A stretch of 63,984 bases of DNA, counting the filler, from a bacterium (GTDB lineage: Bacteria; UBA9089; CG2-30-40-21; SBAY01), in assembly GCA_040757115.1 (NCBI GenBank). It is 14 parts of 14 records of this genome, joined end to end, with 100 filler letters (N's around TTAATTAATTAA, not from the genome) between each part and the next. Parts side by side here need not be neighbours in the genome. Positions count along the whole stretch, not along the records: positions 50,862 to 55,192 come from JBFLYA010000291.1; positions 55,293 to 59,588 come from JBFLYA010000292.1; positions 59,689 to 63,984 come from JBFLYA010000293.1; 11 more parts are not named here. One strand, given 5' to 3'. The position numbers and the translations under genes were made by a program. The notes beneath the pieces are model-generated. The model had not been told where the DNA came from, did not search any database, and was given only the letters and a program-made list of their open reading frames with translations. Numbering within the stretch: the first letter of the stretch is position 1; the number at the start of each line of letters is the position of its first letter. Of the stretch, positions 52,014-62,940 are shown one piece after another.

Positions 52014-52079
52014 AAAAAGGGTTAAGGGAAAGAGAAAAAAATAATTTTTTTCTCGTGCCCCCTTAACCCTTTTTTATTT
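52014..52079 (+). terminator. Probable intrinsic terminator after hup
   Basis: ggggttaaggg...cccttaaccc stem followed by a T run. Confidence 0.6.
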
Positions 52080-52100
52080 AAAGACATACAAAATGTTAGG

Positions 52101-52426
52101 TTCTCCTGAGAATAAGGAAGTAGAGAGTAGAAAGTAAAGAAAACATCACTCCTCACGCCTATCTTCTTACCTCCCACCTTCTATCTCCTACCACTATTTT
52201 CATCATCCTTCTCCTGAAAATAGGTTATGGGACGCAGATTTTCGCAGATGAACAGGATTAAAATTAATTTTTTATTATTGTATTTCTATAATTATTTCCT
52301 TAGAGTTTCTTGATGTTTTTATAGTGCATTAGTGGTTTTTCTTTAAAATCTTGTAAATCCTGTAAATCTGCGTCCCATTAATTTTCATCGTCGTTTGTGT
52401 CCACGCTGTGGACATAAGCGTTTCTC
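52101..52426 (-). mobile_element. Tandem of two family D units
   Basis: ttctc repeats at about 52101, 52209 and 52422; hairpin tgtccac-gct-gtggaca; payloads match those at 18864 and 28394. Confidence 0.65.
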
Positions 52427-54501
52427 TATTTAATAAACTCAAAATATGTTGACCCATCACTCATTATATCACCGGTGATAACGGATAATAATCTACCACC
52501 AAATTTATATATCCCTTCCACATCTGAGTTAGTAAACATATAGGTAAGATATGAAAATGTGTTGTCATATCCAGCGGGTATAGTCAGACCATATAGATTA
52601 AGGTAAGTAAATGGAGGTATGCCGGGGATTTCTATCCATAGTTTGAGGTCTGTTTGAGTTTGTTGTGCTGGATTGATAAGTCTCACGGTGGAGTTTAACG
52701 ACTCTTGAGGTGAATATTCCTTTTGATTAGTGGAAATTATGATAATTGGGTTAAAGATGTTACCGGCACTGATTGCATCCATATCAAACCCTGGATAATC
52801 CACTGTTGCACTTCCATCATTATCATCAACAATCTTAATATATCTTGCCTTAGATAATCCAGCACTTGCCAGGTCAAAGTATGATGAGCCTATGCCATTA
52901 CCCACGAGGTTCCAGGGACCAGCATAGTTATTACTTGCATAAACTGTATAACCTTCTTTAATACCATCATTTCCTTCATAAATAATGAAGTCTGAACCAC
53001 TTCCATCAATAATTTCTACACCCATATCAATTTCAATCTCTCCACCTTTGCCTAAGGAAGCAAATTGGCCATCAGGTTGCCCTAAGGCATAAACGGCTTC
53101 GGTCGGATTATTTTTAAAGTTATTGGGATAGGAGAATGGGTCGTAAAATCTACAGGATGTAACATTGTAGCCGTGATGATAATTTGAGTTTTTATCTAAT
53201 TTAACATTGAGGACAGTCATCGTTCCTGGATTTACCACTACTCCTGAAATAGTTTTATCCACATAGCCATTAGCAGAGAACTTAACTGTATATATTCCTG
53301 GTTTAAGGATACGGTGATAGTCTCCAATTTTGGGGTCTGTAAATATTGGCCAACCAACATCTAAGACATTAACCATTCCGACAATAGGATTACCGGTTTG
53401 GGCATCGGTTACTAATCCTTCTATTCCCTGTCTGTTAGCCTCTTTAATTATATACAGAATTGCATTTTTATTCTTTTGCCAAACGATATCTATTCCACTG
53501 TTTGCCAGCTCAATTGTCCAATCAATATCACCTCGACAGCCATAAGCAAAATCATTTGTATCCCCCTTTGTTTGATACCAGTCATAACCATTTGTTACCC
53601 AGTAATTATTAAAATCTGCATAGCCTTCAGATAAGTCAATAATTAATGGTTCATCCGGGGTAGGATGAGGGCTGAAATTCCAGACATAATTTACGATATC
53701 ACCAAAACAGTGATACGATAAAGAGAGGGTAAATGGGTTATCGAGGAATAAATTACGCATTGCTTGAGTTTCTGGTTGAGAAAATGGATACCAGCTATTA
53801 CCCCACTTATCCCACTGGTAACCATAATCACGGTTTAAATCAACTCCATTAGCGTTATATCTGCTACCAACCATAATTCCATCAGGATTGACCATCGGCA
53901 CTATCCATATCTCTCGATTATTCACAAGATATGTTACTTCTGGGTCTATTCCGTAATTTTCTGTGAGATAATGAGCCATATTTAGCGGTATTTCAACAGA
54001 CATAAATTCATTTCCATGATGAGCCCCCATCAAGCAAACTTCCGCTTCATTCTCTTCCACTTCAGGGTTATCCGTTATTTTCATCGCCCACATATTTCTT
54101 CCCTCAACGCTATCACCGCTGTCATATAGTTTAGCGATATATGGGTAATTTGCGGCTATTTGTGTTAATTCAACCGTCAGTTCATTATAATCATGGAAGT
54201 TTTCCCTCTCTCTAACCGCCTTCATCTCTTTTACCATATCTTCTACCAGGACATTAATTTTATATCCTTTATTTTTGAGCATATTCAATTCATCTTCGGT
54301 TACAATTGCCCTGGCATAAGTTTGAGTCGCATCGGTTAAAGTTAGACGCATATTGATAAATTCTGCAATCTGGTCATGATTTTTTATCTCAATCTGAATC
54401 AATATTTCTTTCTGGGGCTCAAATCCATAAACATAGGAATTTAACCCTAAACCACAAATAATAATCCCTGCTAATAGCCATATTTTTTGTTGAGTGAACA
54501 T
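52426..54501 (-). CDS. Secreted M14 zinc carboxypeptidase with CarboxypepD_reg-like domain
   Basis: HHGNE (HxxE), VNPDG, DLNRD, SQPET, SYH, TIEL. Confidence 0.88.
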   Translation of the reverse strand: MFTQQKIWLLAGIIICGLGLNSYVYGFEPQKEILIQIEIKNHDQIAEFINMRLTLTDATQTYARAIVTEDELNMLKNKGYKINVLVEDMVKEMKAVRERENFHDYNELTVELTQIAANYPYIAKLYDSGDSVEGRNMWAMKITDNPEVEENEAEVCLMGAHHGNEFMSVEIPLNMAHYLTENYGIDPEVTYLVNNREIWIVPMVNPDGIMVGSRYNANGVDLNRDYGYQWDKWGNSWYPFSQPETQAMRNLFLDNPFTLSLSYHCFGDIVNYVWNFSPHPTPDEPLIIDLSEGYADFNNYWVTNGYDWYQTKGDTNDFAYGCRGDIDWTIELANSGIDIVWQKNKNAILYIIKEANRQGIEGLVTDAQTGNPIVGMVNVLDVGWPIFTDPKIGDYHRILKPGIYTVKFSANGYVDKTISGVVVNPGTMTVLNVKLDKNSNYHHGYNVTSCRFYDPFSYPNNFKNNPTEAVYALGQPDGQFASLGKGGEIEIDMGVEIIDGSGSDFIIYEGNDGIKEGYTVYASNNYAGPWNLVGNGIGSSYFDLASAGLSKARYIKIVDDNDGSATVDYPGFDMDAISAGNIFNPIIIISTNQKEYSPQESLNSTVRLINPAQQTQTDLKLWIEIPGIPPFTYLNLYGLTIPAGYDNTFSYLTYMFTNSDVEGIYKFGGRLLSVITGDIMSDGSTYFEFIK

Positions 54502-54791
54502 ATTATTATTTCCTTTGTAACTATTTAGCCACAGATTAATACGGATAAAACGGAGGAAAAACGCCTCTGCCCCCACTTCATACTTTCAAAAAATAAGTCT
54601 TGTATTATCAATAGGTTACAGAGTAGAGAAATTGAGTTTTGACACTACAGTTTGTATGCTCACAAAATCAATTTAATAGTTTTACCCGGTTGATAAGATA
54701 AATTTAAAGCGTCGTAGATTTCTATGGGAGACCTGTCGGATGAACATAATAAAAGTATAGCACAGAACTATTTTCAAGTCAAGAAAAATTT

Positions 54792-55054
54792 CGACCTGTG
54801 CGGTTAGAAATTACAAGCAAATTTCCTCAAACCTGAAAGGTTTGACTTTTACATAACCGTAGATAAAATCTACGGAGAGAAGAAAAACTCCTGCTTATTA
54901 CTCAACCCTGAAAGGGTTGAATTCTAACCATGGATTACATTCGACCCTTTCAGGGTCGAGTTTTGCGGGCGTTTATTTCCGTAGATTGCATCTACGGTTA
55001 TTTAAAATTCGACGTTTTCAGCGTCAATAACCTAACACCTAACCGCACAGGTCG
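54792..55054. mobile_element. MITE, family C
   Basis: Perfect 16-bp TIR CGACCTGTGCGGTTAG; aaattt on both sides; cctgaaagg hairpins inside. Confidence 0.8.
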
Positions 55055-55058
55055 AAAT

Positions 55059-55192
55059 TTATCGTATCACTCCCAATTTACCTGTTTTTGAACTTTTATC
55101 ATCTCTGATGAAATAGATGTAGATTTCACTGGCAACCTTTTCACCAGCTGAATTCCGACAATTCCACTCCACAACCCCATTTACTCCAGAAT
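55059..55192 (-). CDS. 3' fragment of a protein ending in the T9SS-like C-terminal domain
   Basis: Manual translation VEWNCRNSAGEKVASEIYIYFIRDDKSSKTGKLGVIR*. Confidence 0.75.
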
Positions 55193-55914
55193 NNNNNNNN
55201 NNNNNNNNNNNNNNNNNNNNNNNNNNNNNNNNNNNNTTAATTAATTAANNNNNNNNNNNNNNNNNNNNNNNNNNNNNNNNNNNNNNNNNNNNTCAAATAT
55301 TAAATATTAAAAATCAAAAATAAGAATAAAAGAATTCCTTAATTTTGATATTTGCTCTTTGATTTTTGATATGATATTTGATATGTCATTTTGCATTTTA
55401 ATATTTAATTTTCTATTACACAACTTGTTGTGTTTGAAGTGGTTTCACACTAAGTCAGTACCATTCATTTGTGCTCTCTGAACACGCTAAACAGGTACGG
55501 GGATTTTACCCCCCAGAAGAGAATGATTAAAAAACATTCTTCAGTATAACCTTAATAACCTTACAGGAATAATCAACTAAGCCTGTAGAACAGATAATGT
55601 ATAGGGGGTTTGGGGGAAGAGGATGCGTCCTCCGTTTCCCCAATGGGGTTTGGGGCAAAGCCCCAGAACATCTTCCTTAATTTTCTAACTGCACAGGTCG
55701 AAAATTTTTTTCTTGACATTCTTAATAAAATATGATAAAAAAAATAAATTTAAAAGACTTGACAAAATAAGTAAGTTTATGATAAAATTATTAAAGATTT
55801 GGAATTCTAACGAATCACGATGTCAAATAGGTAGGGTTTTACAAAATTAAAAGCAAGTAAATGGTAATGAGTATATGTTTAGCGTGCTACAGCATTTGAG
55901 GTATAAATAATTCC

Positions 55915-56151
55915 GTAACCGTTCAGGCTATATATCAAAAGTGTAAGAAAGGGGATAAGGAGATAAGAGTGATATGGAGATAAGATAATAGAAATAGATT
56001 GAAATTTATAGAAATAGGTAGAAATTGATTGTGGAAAACAACAAATTTCCATAAATTTCTATTAGTTTCTATTAATTTCAATTTTTTTAATAATATCTCC
56101 CTATCTCCTTAATCTCCACATCTCCTTTTGTTACACCACCTGAACGCTTAC
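55915..56151. mobile_element. High-copy family A MITE (complete) nested in a family B element (55871-56327)
   Basis: GTAACCGTTCAG / CTGAACGCTTAC; flanks aataattcc / aagaattcc; near-identical partial copies at contig ends 19022, 19249, 32912, 41936, 59466. Confidence 0.85.
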
Positions 56152-56560
56152 AAGAATTCCTTAATTTTGATATTTGCTCTTTGATTTTTGATATGATATT
56201 TGATATGTCATTTTGCATTTTAGTATTTAATTTTTGATTTTGTATTACACAACTTGTTGTGTTTGAAGTGGTTTCGCACTAAGTCAGTACCATTCATTTG
56301 TGCTCTCTGACCACGCTAAACAGGAATAGTAATTAATTACCATTTACCAATTACCAGAAACCTTTCGGATAAAAAGTTAAGGTGTGGAGCCAGTAGAGAT
56401 GAGGTGTTGGGTTTCAGGTTATGGGTGAGGGGATAAAATATCCATAACCTATAATCAAAACTGGGGGTAAAGAGAAAAGTAATTATCTCTCGTCCCTTGT
56501 CCATAGAAGATTAATTTTATCCGAAAACATTCTACCCAAAAAAAAGGAGGTGAAAAAAGG

Positions 56561-57595
56561 ATGAAGGAGAAACAAACAGTAATTAACTTAATTTTACTCG
56601 GGGTGCTATTTTTGCTACCCGTTGTGGTAGAATCAGCAACTTCAAATATTCCGGTAATTACAGATGTAACGATTGAGGAATTACAGAGGAAGGTTGAGGC
56701 ATCCTGGGCCGCAGAGGCAAGGGCTGTAGCAGAGGCAGAAGCGGCGGCTATGGCTGAGGCAGAGGCAAAAGCAGATGCTAAAGTAGCCGAAGAGGCAGTT
56801 AGAGAAGCAGAGGCTTTAGCCAGAACAATAGAATCCGCAAAGAAAAAGGCATTGATGAAACGGGATGCGGCTAAAGAAAGTGAAATGATTGCTTTGGCTT
56901 GTGCAAAAGTGGCTAAAGCAGAAGAAGAAAAAGCTAACCTTGCCCTTGAAGATGCAAAAGTTCATGAGGCAAAATTACGCGCCGAGCTTGAAGTTAGTAA
57001 AAGAGATGCAGAATTAGCCTGGCAAGAAGCTAAGATACATCGTATTACCGCTGAAAATTTCCTTGAGATTGCTAATGAATCTCTCATGAAAGGACAATCA
57101 TCTAAAGCCATAGAATTTGCGACTAAGGCTAAAGACGAAATAGAGATTTCAAAACAATGTGAAGAAAAAGCTAAACTTAAAGATGTGATTGTTCAAGAAA
57201 CGGAAAATCGGGTTAAATTAGCCCTTGAAGAAATATCGACATCTGTATCAAAGGCACAAGCCACAGCAGAAATGGCTAGAGCCAATGAGGCTAAAGCTAT
57301 TGCTGAGGCACAAACTGCCCGCGCCGCAGAAGAAGAGGCGAATGCCACAATTGAAGCCGTAGAATTAGCTCACAAAAAATCTATTTCTCAAGCAAAAGCC
57401 GCTCAATCAGCCCTCAAATGGGCATCTCTCAAAATAGATGCGTCTAAAAAAGCTCAGGAACAAGCTATTGCTTATGCCAATCTGGGCAAAATTGCTGAAG
57501 AAGAAGCTCGACAGGCAGTTGAAGAAAAACGCAGAGAACAAGAACAAGCAAGAACTCTACTTATGGAAGCTCAACGAGCTATTAAAGGCAAATAA
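56561..57595 (+). CDS. Signal-peptide Ala/Glu/Lys-rich coiled-coil protein
   Basis: Strong RBS, hydrophobic N-terminus, continuous helical composition. Confidence 0.7.
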   Translation: MKEKQTVINLILLGVLFLLPVVVESATSNIPVITDVTIEELQRKVEASWAAEARAVAEAEAAAMAEAEAKADAKVAEEAVREAEALARTIESAKKKALMKRDAAKESEMIALACAKVAKAEEEKANLALEDAKVHEAKLRAELEVSKRDAELAWQEAKIHRITAENFLEIANESLMKGQSSKAIEFATKAKDEIEISKQCEEKAKLKDVIVQETENRVKLALEEISTSVSKAQATAEMARANEAKAIAEAQTARAAEEEANATIEAVELAHKKSISQAKAAQSALKWASLKIDASKKAQEQAIAYANLGKIAEEEARQAVEEKRREQEQARTLLMEAQRAIKGK

Positions 57596-57619
57596 ACTAA
57601 CTTTATGGAGGAAGCGGTC

Positions 57620-57898
57620 ATGACCAAGAAAGAATTAGTAATGAAAATCGCTAATGAGCTAAATGTAACTCAAACTATCATAAAATCAGTAATAGAAAAA
57701 GTGTTTGAGGGCATAGAAGAAGCTCTTTGTTCAGGACAAAAAATTGAATTAAGAAATTTTGGTATCCTGAAGGTAAAATCAAGAAAAGCACGAGTGGGAA
57801 GAAATCCACGAACAGGTCAAATTGTTCCTATTGGAATAAGAAAAGTCATTACTTTCAAATCGGGTAAAAGACTAAGAAAAAAAGTAGAAAATGCTTAA
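57620..57898 (+). CDS. HU/IHF-family DNA-binding protein
   Basis: MTKKELV, IELRNFG, GRNPRTG, ITFKSGK. Confidence 0.92.
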   Translation: MTKKELVMKIANELNVTQTIIKSVIEKVFEGIEEALCSGQKIELRNFGILKVKSRKARVGRNPRTGQIVPIGIRKVITFKSGKRLRKKVENA

Positions 57899-57924
57899 AA
57901 AGAAAGTTTGAGGAATGTGAAAAT

Positions 57925-58107
57925 ATGCACTTTGATGAAAAAGATATAAGTGAAACTCAATATAAAGAGACGCGAACATGTAGATGTGAAGAATGTGGTT
58001 ATATGTGGGTACAAGAAGTCCGTGATGAAAATGGTTTTGGCGAATTTGAAGAAGAACAAATATCTTCCTGTCCAATGTGTGGGGGGTCATACCTGGCTCA
58101 AATGTAA
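57925..58107 (+). CDS. Small zinc-ribbon protein
   Basis: CEECG...CPMCG; RBS; between the HU/IHF gene and miaB. Confidence 0.6.
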   Translation: MHFDEKDISETQYKETRTCRCEECGYMWVQEVRDENGFGEFEEEQISSCPMCGGSYLAQM

Positions 58108-58132
58108 CTCGTAAGGAGAAGTCCATAAACTA

Positions 58133-59452
58133 ATGTGCCAGAATAAAGTTCTTAATCTGATTACTTATGGATGTCAGATGAATAAGTATGATTCAGAAAC
58201 AATTGCGGGAATCCTTCAGGATTATTCTTTAAGTGACGAATTGACCGAGGCTGATGTTGTGCTGATTAATACCTGTGCGGTGCGCCAACATGCAGAAGAT
58301 AAAGTTTATTCCCTGTTAGGCAGACTCTCTAAAATTAAGGACATAAAACCTGATTTTAAAATAGGTGTGTGTGGTTGTGTTGCTCAACAACAGGGAAATA
58401 ATCTCATAAGGAAATTTCCATCTGTTGACCTGGTAATTGGACCTGATAATCTTAATAGATTGCCTGATTTACTTGATAAAGTTTATAAAGGGGAAAAAAT
58501 AGTCTTAACAGAACATCAACCATTACCAGACGATACTCTTCCCTCAAAACGAATGAACAAAATTAAGGCTTATGTGCCAATAACAATTGGATGTAATAAT
58601 CGGTGTACTTATTGCGTTGTGCCTTATACAAGAGGAAATCTCCGCAGTAGACCTGCATATCAAATAATAGATGAAATAAAAAAACTGGTTGAATCAGGTT
58701 ATCAAGAAATAACCGTCTTAGGTCAAAATGTAAATGACTATGGGATTGATTTTAGAGAAACAAAACTTAATTTCCGTGAATTATTAATAATGATTAGCAA
58801 CATAAACAGTTTAAAGAGAATACGATTTATTACCTCTCACCCCAAAAATTTTAACTATGAATTAATTAATACCATCCCTCAACTCAAGAATGTCTGTGCG
58901 TATATTCACCTCCCTATTCAATCCGGCTCAGATAAAATCCTTAAGTTGATGAATCGAGGTTATTCCCTGAAATTCTATCAGCAACTTGTTGAATATCTAA
59001 GAGAAAAAGTTCCTGAAGTGAGTCTTACGACTGATTTAATTGTTGGTTTTCCTGGTGAAGAAGAGGAAGATTTTGAAAAAACACTAAAAGCCGTTGAAGA
59101 AATAAAATTTGATTCCGCATTTACCTTTAAATATTCTCCACGACCAAATACTGAATCGGCTTCCTTCCCAAACCAAATTCCAGAAGAGATTAAACAAAAG
59201 AGATTAGAAAAATTAATAGAATTAACCTCCAAAATCACAAAACAAAAAAATCAACAATTAGTTGGAAAAACAACGGAGATTTTAATTGAAGGCAAAAACC
59301 CACAAGACCCATCTTTTCTTATGGGAAGGACAAAAACAGATAAAGTAGTTTTCATCCCTTCCAATGGTAAATCTTTAATGGGTGAATTTGTTAATGTTAA
59401 ACTCATAAGGTGTGGAACATTTAGTTTTAAAGGAGAGTTGATTAATTCATAG
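58133..59452 (+). CDS. miaB: tRNA methylthiotransferase MiaB
   Basis: TYGCQMN..DS, NTCAVR, GCNNRCTYCVVP, GQNVN, TSHP, TRAM domain. Confidence 0.93.
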   Translation: MCQNKVLNLITYGCQMNKYDSETIAGILQDYSLSDELTEADVVLINTCAVRQHAEDKVYSLLGRLSKIKDIKPDFKIGVCGCVAQQQGNNLIRKFPSVDLVIGPDNLNRLPDLLDKVYKGEKIVLTEHQPLPDDTLPSKRMNKIKAYVPITIGCNNRCTYCVVPYTRGNLRSRPAYQIIDEIKKLVESGYQEITVLGQNVNDYGIDFRETKLNFRELLIMISNINSLKRIRFITSHPKNFNYELINTIPQLKNVCAYIHLPIQSGSDKILKLMNRGYSLKFYQQLVEYLREKVPEVSLTTDLIVGFPGEEEEDFEKTLKAVEEIKFDSAFTFKYSPRPNTESASFPNQIPEEIKQKRLEKLIELTSKITKQKNQQLVGKTTEILIEGKNPQDPSFLMGRTKTDKVVFIPSNGKSLMGEFVNVKLIRCGTFSFKGELINS

Positions 59453-59857
59453 ATTTCACAGATTTGTAAGCGTTCAGGTGGTGTAACAAAAGGAGATGTG
59501 GAGATTAAGGAGATAGGGAGATATTATTAAAAAAATTGAAATTAATAGAAACTAATAGAAATTTATGGAAATTTGTTGTTTTCCACAANNNNNNNNNNNN
59601 NNNNNNNNNNNNNNNNNNNNNNNNNNNNNNNNTTAATTAATTAANNNNNNNNNNNNNNNNNNNNNNNNNNNNNNNNNNNNNNNNNNNNTCGAACTCTTGG
59701 GCCAGGTTTGCTTGACACCGTGAAGAGTGATAATTCACAATTCACAATTGACAATTCACCATTCACCATTATTAAGGAAATTTAGGGAAGAAATTGTGAA
59801 TTGTGAATGGTGAATAGTTACTATTTTAATTAATAAAATTAGGGGAGGGATTAAATT

Positions 59858-62800
59858 ATGAAAAGAGAATTAAGACTATGTATTAGTTTTTTGGTTTTAT
59901 TTTTCACCTCTGTGTCCTGGGCGGCTAAATTTACAGATTCAGGACAACAATTAATTGGTTTAAATCAAACATCTATTGCCTGGGGGGATTATGATAAAGA
60001 TAATGATTTAGATTTAGCCATCTGTGGCCGTAATGCCGATGGCCCTCAAACCCTTATTTACCAAAATGATAATGGAATATTAACCCACGATACAAAACAA
60101 CAACTAATAGGTATTTCGTATGGGAAGATAGGTTGGACTGATTATGATTCAGATGGAGATTTAGACTTAAGCCTTGCCGGATATGATGCCTCTGTTTGCC
60201 CTACCTCTAAAATTTATACCAATGTCAATGGCACTCTTACCGAAGACCCAGAACAACATCCCGCTATTGGCTATGGCTCGATTGCCTGGGCAGATTCTGA
60301 TAAGGATGGAAAACAGGATATTTATGCCCATGCTGGCCATGATTCTAATTGGAAACCCTACACCAAGATATTTAAAAAGAAAGAAGATGGAACTACTGAA
60401 GAGATAGTCCAAAATTTAATCAGCATGTATTATGGGTCGGTAGCCTGGGGAGACTATACCGGGGATGGCAGGTTAGATTTATTGGTTACAGGCTGGACAC
60501 CTGAAGGCGGCATTATTAAAATATATAAAGATGTCAATGGAACTTTAGTTGAGGATATTGACCAAAAAGTTGAACCTGTTTTTCATTCATTTGCCGTCTG
60601 GGCTGATTATGATTTAGATGGCGATGTTGACTTATTTATTACAGGTCAGGGTAAGGAGAAACCTATCACTAAAGTATATCGTAATGATAATGGTATATTA
60701 ATTGAGGATACTTCTCAAGAATTACCAGGCGTAAGTTTTTCTGCATTAGCACCTTGTGATTATGATAAAGATGGGGATTTAGACCTGATTTTATCTGGTG
60801 CGTTAGCAGATAAAACCACTATCACAAAACTCTTCTTGAATGACGCCGCTATTCCTATTCCCATTCACCACATAGAAATTTTATCACAACAGGAAATATT
60901 CAAAGGTGGTAAATTTACCACTGATAATACACTGGATTTATTGGCTAAAGCATATTCTCAAGAAAATAATTTAATCGGTGATGTCGTTGTCCATTGGCAA
61001 ATTAATCCTGAATCAGGTATCTTTTCAAAGGAAAAGGGAGTTTCTACCGTGCTTGACTTAATTAAAGTTGGGACTGCCACGATAATTGCCTATGATAATC
61101 AAGGACATACCGCAACGGCAGAAATTAAGATTGATGCCGGTGAATTTGCCTTTTTGAAGATAGAGGATGAAAAAGGAAATGAAATTGGTACCCTTTCCTT
61201 GACCGCGGATGATGAATTAATAGTTTATGCGATGGGTTATGATAAAGGCACTAATACCTGCGGATTGGAATTAGTTCACTGGGAAATAATCGGTGATATT
61301 GGTAGTTTATCTACGACTTATGGCACTTCAACTATATTTTATCCAGGTAAAGGAGCCGTCGGGGAAGGCACGATAAAGATTTGGGATGATAAAGGACATA
61401 CCTGCCTGACAGGGACAATTACAACATTACCCGGAATCACTAATTATGTGACGATAGAGGATATCTCTGGTAAAGAAATTGGGGATTTAGAGACCACGAC
61501 TGATAAAAATCATCCACTTTTTGCTTACGGATATGATAAATGGGGAAATGATAAGGGGCCGGTAGAGGTTGTCTGGAGGATAACTGGTAATATTGGCACT
61601 TTATCTACGACTCAAGGAACAATGACTATTTTCGAACCATTGATTAACGAAAAAGGCACAATTACCATTATCGAACTATCATCAGGGTTGACAGATTCGA
61701 CGGGTTTAATTACTGTCCTGGTTGGTAATGAACATTACTTAGTTATCGTAGATAAAGATAATCAGGCAGTTGAGAGTGTGATTGTGACCGCAGATGATAA
61801 ATTAGAGATTTTTGCAAAAACCTTTGATGCCAAAAATCTGGAAATTGGTCTAAAAGAAGTAAAATGGACATTAATCGGGAATATTGGTAATCTATCTACG
61901 ACTACGGGAACAGGTGTTATTTTAGACTTTACAACCGTAGGCACGGGCTGTGTGGTTGCCGAGTCTTCTTTATCAGATATGACGGAGGTAATTACCGTAT
62001 TACCTGGCAGACTACATCATTTTGTCTTTAATACGATTGATGACCAGATAGTAGAGATACCTTTTGAAATTACCGTAACGGCTAAAGATGAAGATGGAAA
62101 TACGGTTACAGGTTACAATGGCACATCTAATACCTTTGCTGATACTACAGAAACCATAGATTATGATAAGACGGTAAAATTTATTGATGGGGTGTTGAGT
62201 AATCATTCGGTAAATATCTCTCAAGCCTGTGGAAGTGTTACAATTGCTACTTACATTGATGAAAAACAAGGTGAAAGTAATAGATTTGCAGTCTTAGGTG
62301 GTTCAATTGCTGGAAATATAACAGATGAGTATGGTAAGAAACTGGCTAACATATTGATTGAGACATACCTTAAATTACAAAATGGAACACCTACTTTGAA
62401 AGGAAGCACCACGACTTTGCCAGACGGCTCTTATTTAGTTGCCGGATTACCACCTGGCACTTATGAAGTCAGGGCTATCCCACCAAAGGGTTATCAATCT
62501 CCAACACCACAAATAGTCGAGGTAACTGTTGTTCTTGTTAAAGGCAGACCGTTAATTATGGCAATGAATCAAGTGAATTTTATATTAATTGCGGCGGCTG
62601 AGACTACACTTGCAAACGCCTATGTCTATCCAAATCCATGTAAGGTAAGCCAACATACAGAAAAGATGACTTTTAAGGAATTAACCCGCCATTTGACGAT
62701 TAAGATATTTACTATCGCTGGAGAATTAGTCGTCACTTTAGAGAAAAATAATGATTATGATTATCAAGAATGGTACTTAAAGAATGAAGATGGAAAAGTA

Positions 62801-62884
62801 GTTGCCAGCGGAATTTATATCTATCTAATTCGTGATGCGCAGACAGGTGAAACCAAGACAGGTAAGTTAGGTATAATAAAATAA
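59858..62884 (+). CDS. Secreted FG-GAP/VCBS beta-propeller + Ig-repeat protein with T9SS-like C-terminal domain
   Basis: Six W.DYD.DGD.DL-type repeats; repeated W...G.IG.LSTT.G units; YPNP..IFTIAGELV..ASGIYIY..GKLGIIK. Confidence 0.85.
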   Translation: MKRELRLCISFLVLFFTSVSWAAKFTDSGQQLIGLNQTSIAWGDYDKDNDLDLAICGRNADGPQTLIYQNDNGILTHDTKQQLIGISYGKIGWTDYDSDGDLDLSLAGYDASVCPTSKIYTNVNGTLTEDPEQHPAIGYGSIAWADSDKDGKQDIYAHAGHDSNWKPYTKIFKKKEDGTTEEIVQNLISMYYGSVAWGDYTGDGRLDLLVTGWTPEGGIIKIYKDVNGTLVEDIDQKVEPVFHSFAVWADYDLDGDVDLFITGQGKEKPITKVYRNDNGILIEDTSQELPGVSFSALAPCDYDKDGDLDLILSGALADKTTITKLFLNDAAIPIPIHHIEILSQQEIFKGGKFTTDNTLDLLAKAYSQENNLIGDVVVHWQINPESGIFSKEKGVSTVLDLIKVGTATIIAYDNQGHTATAEIKIDAGEFAFLKIEDEKGNEIGTLSLTADDELIVYAMGYDKGTNTCGLELVHWEIIGDIGSLSTTYGTSTIFYPGKGAVGEGTIKIWDDKGHTCLTGTITTLPGITNYVTIEDISGKEIGDLETTTDKNHPLFAYGYDKWGNDKGPVEVVWRITGNIGTLSTTQGTMTIFEPLINEKGTITIIELSSGLTDSTGLITVLVGNEHYLVIVDKDNQAVESVIVTADDKLEIFAKTFDAKNLEIGLKEVKWTLIGNIGNLSTTTGTGVILDFTTVGTGCVVAESSLSDMTEVITVLPGRLHHFVFNTIDDQIVEIPFEITVTAKDEDGNTVTGYNGTSNTFADTTETIDYDKTVKFIDGVLSNHSVNISQACGSVTIATYIDEKQGESNRFAVLGGSIAGNITDEYGKKLANILIETYLKLQNGTPTLKGSTTTLPDGSYLVAGLPPGTYEVRAIPPKGYQSPTPQIVEVTVVLVKGRPLIMAMNQVNFILIAAAETTLANAYVYPNPCKVSQHTEKMTFKELTRHLTIKIFTIAGELVVTLEKNNDYDYQEWYLKNEDGKVVASGIYIYLIRDAQTGETKTGKLGIIK

Positions 62885-62940
62885 GGGTTATATACAAATA
62901 AAAATGAGCATCTAACTTTAGTAAAAGGGAGGGGGGAAAG

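Noticed and set aside
4745-59688. Recurrent TTAATTAATTAA flanked by N runs
   Set aside because: Artificial six-frame-stop linker between size-sorted contigs; not biological
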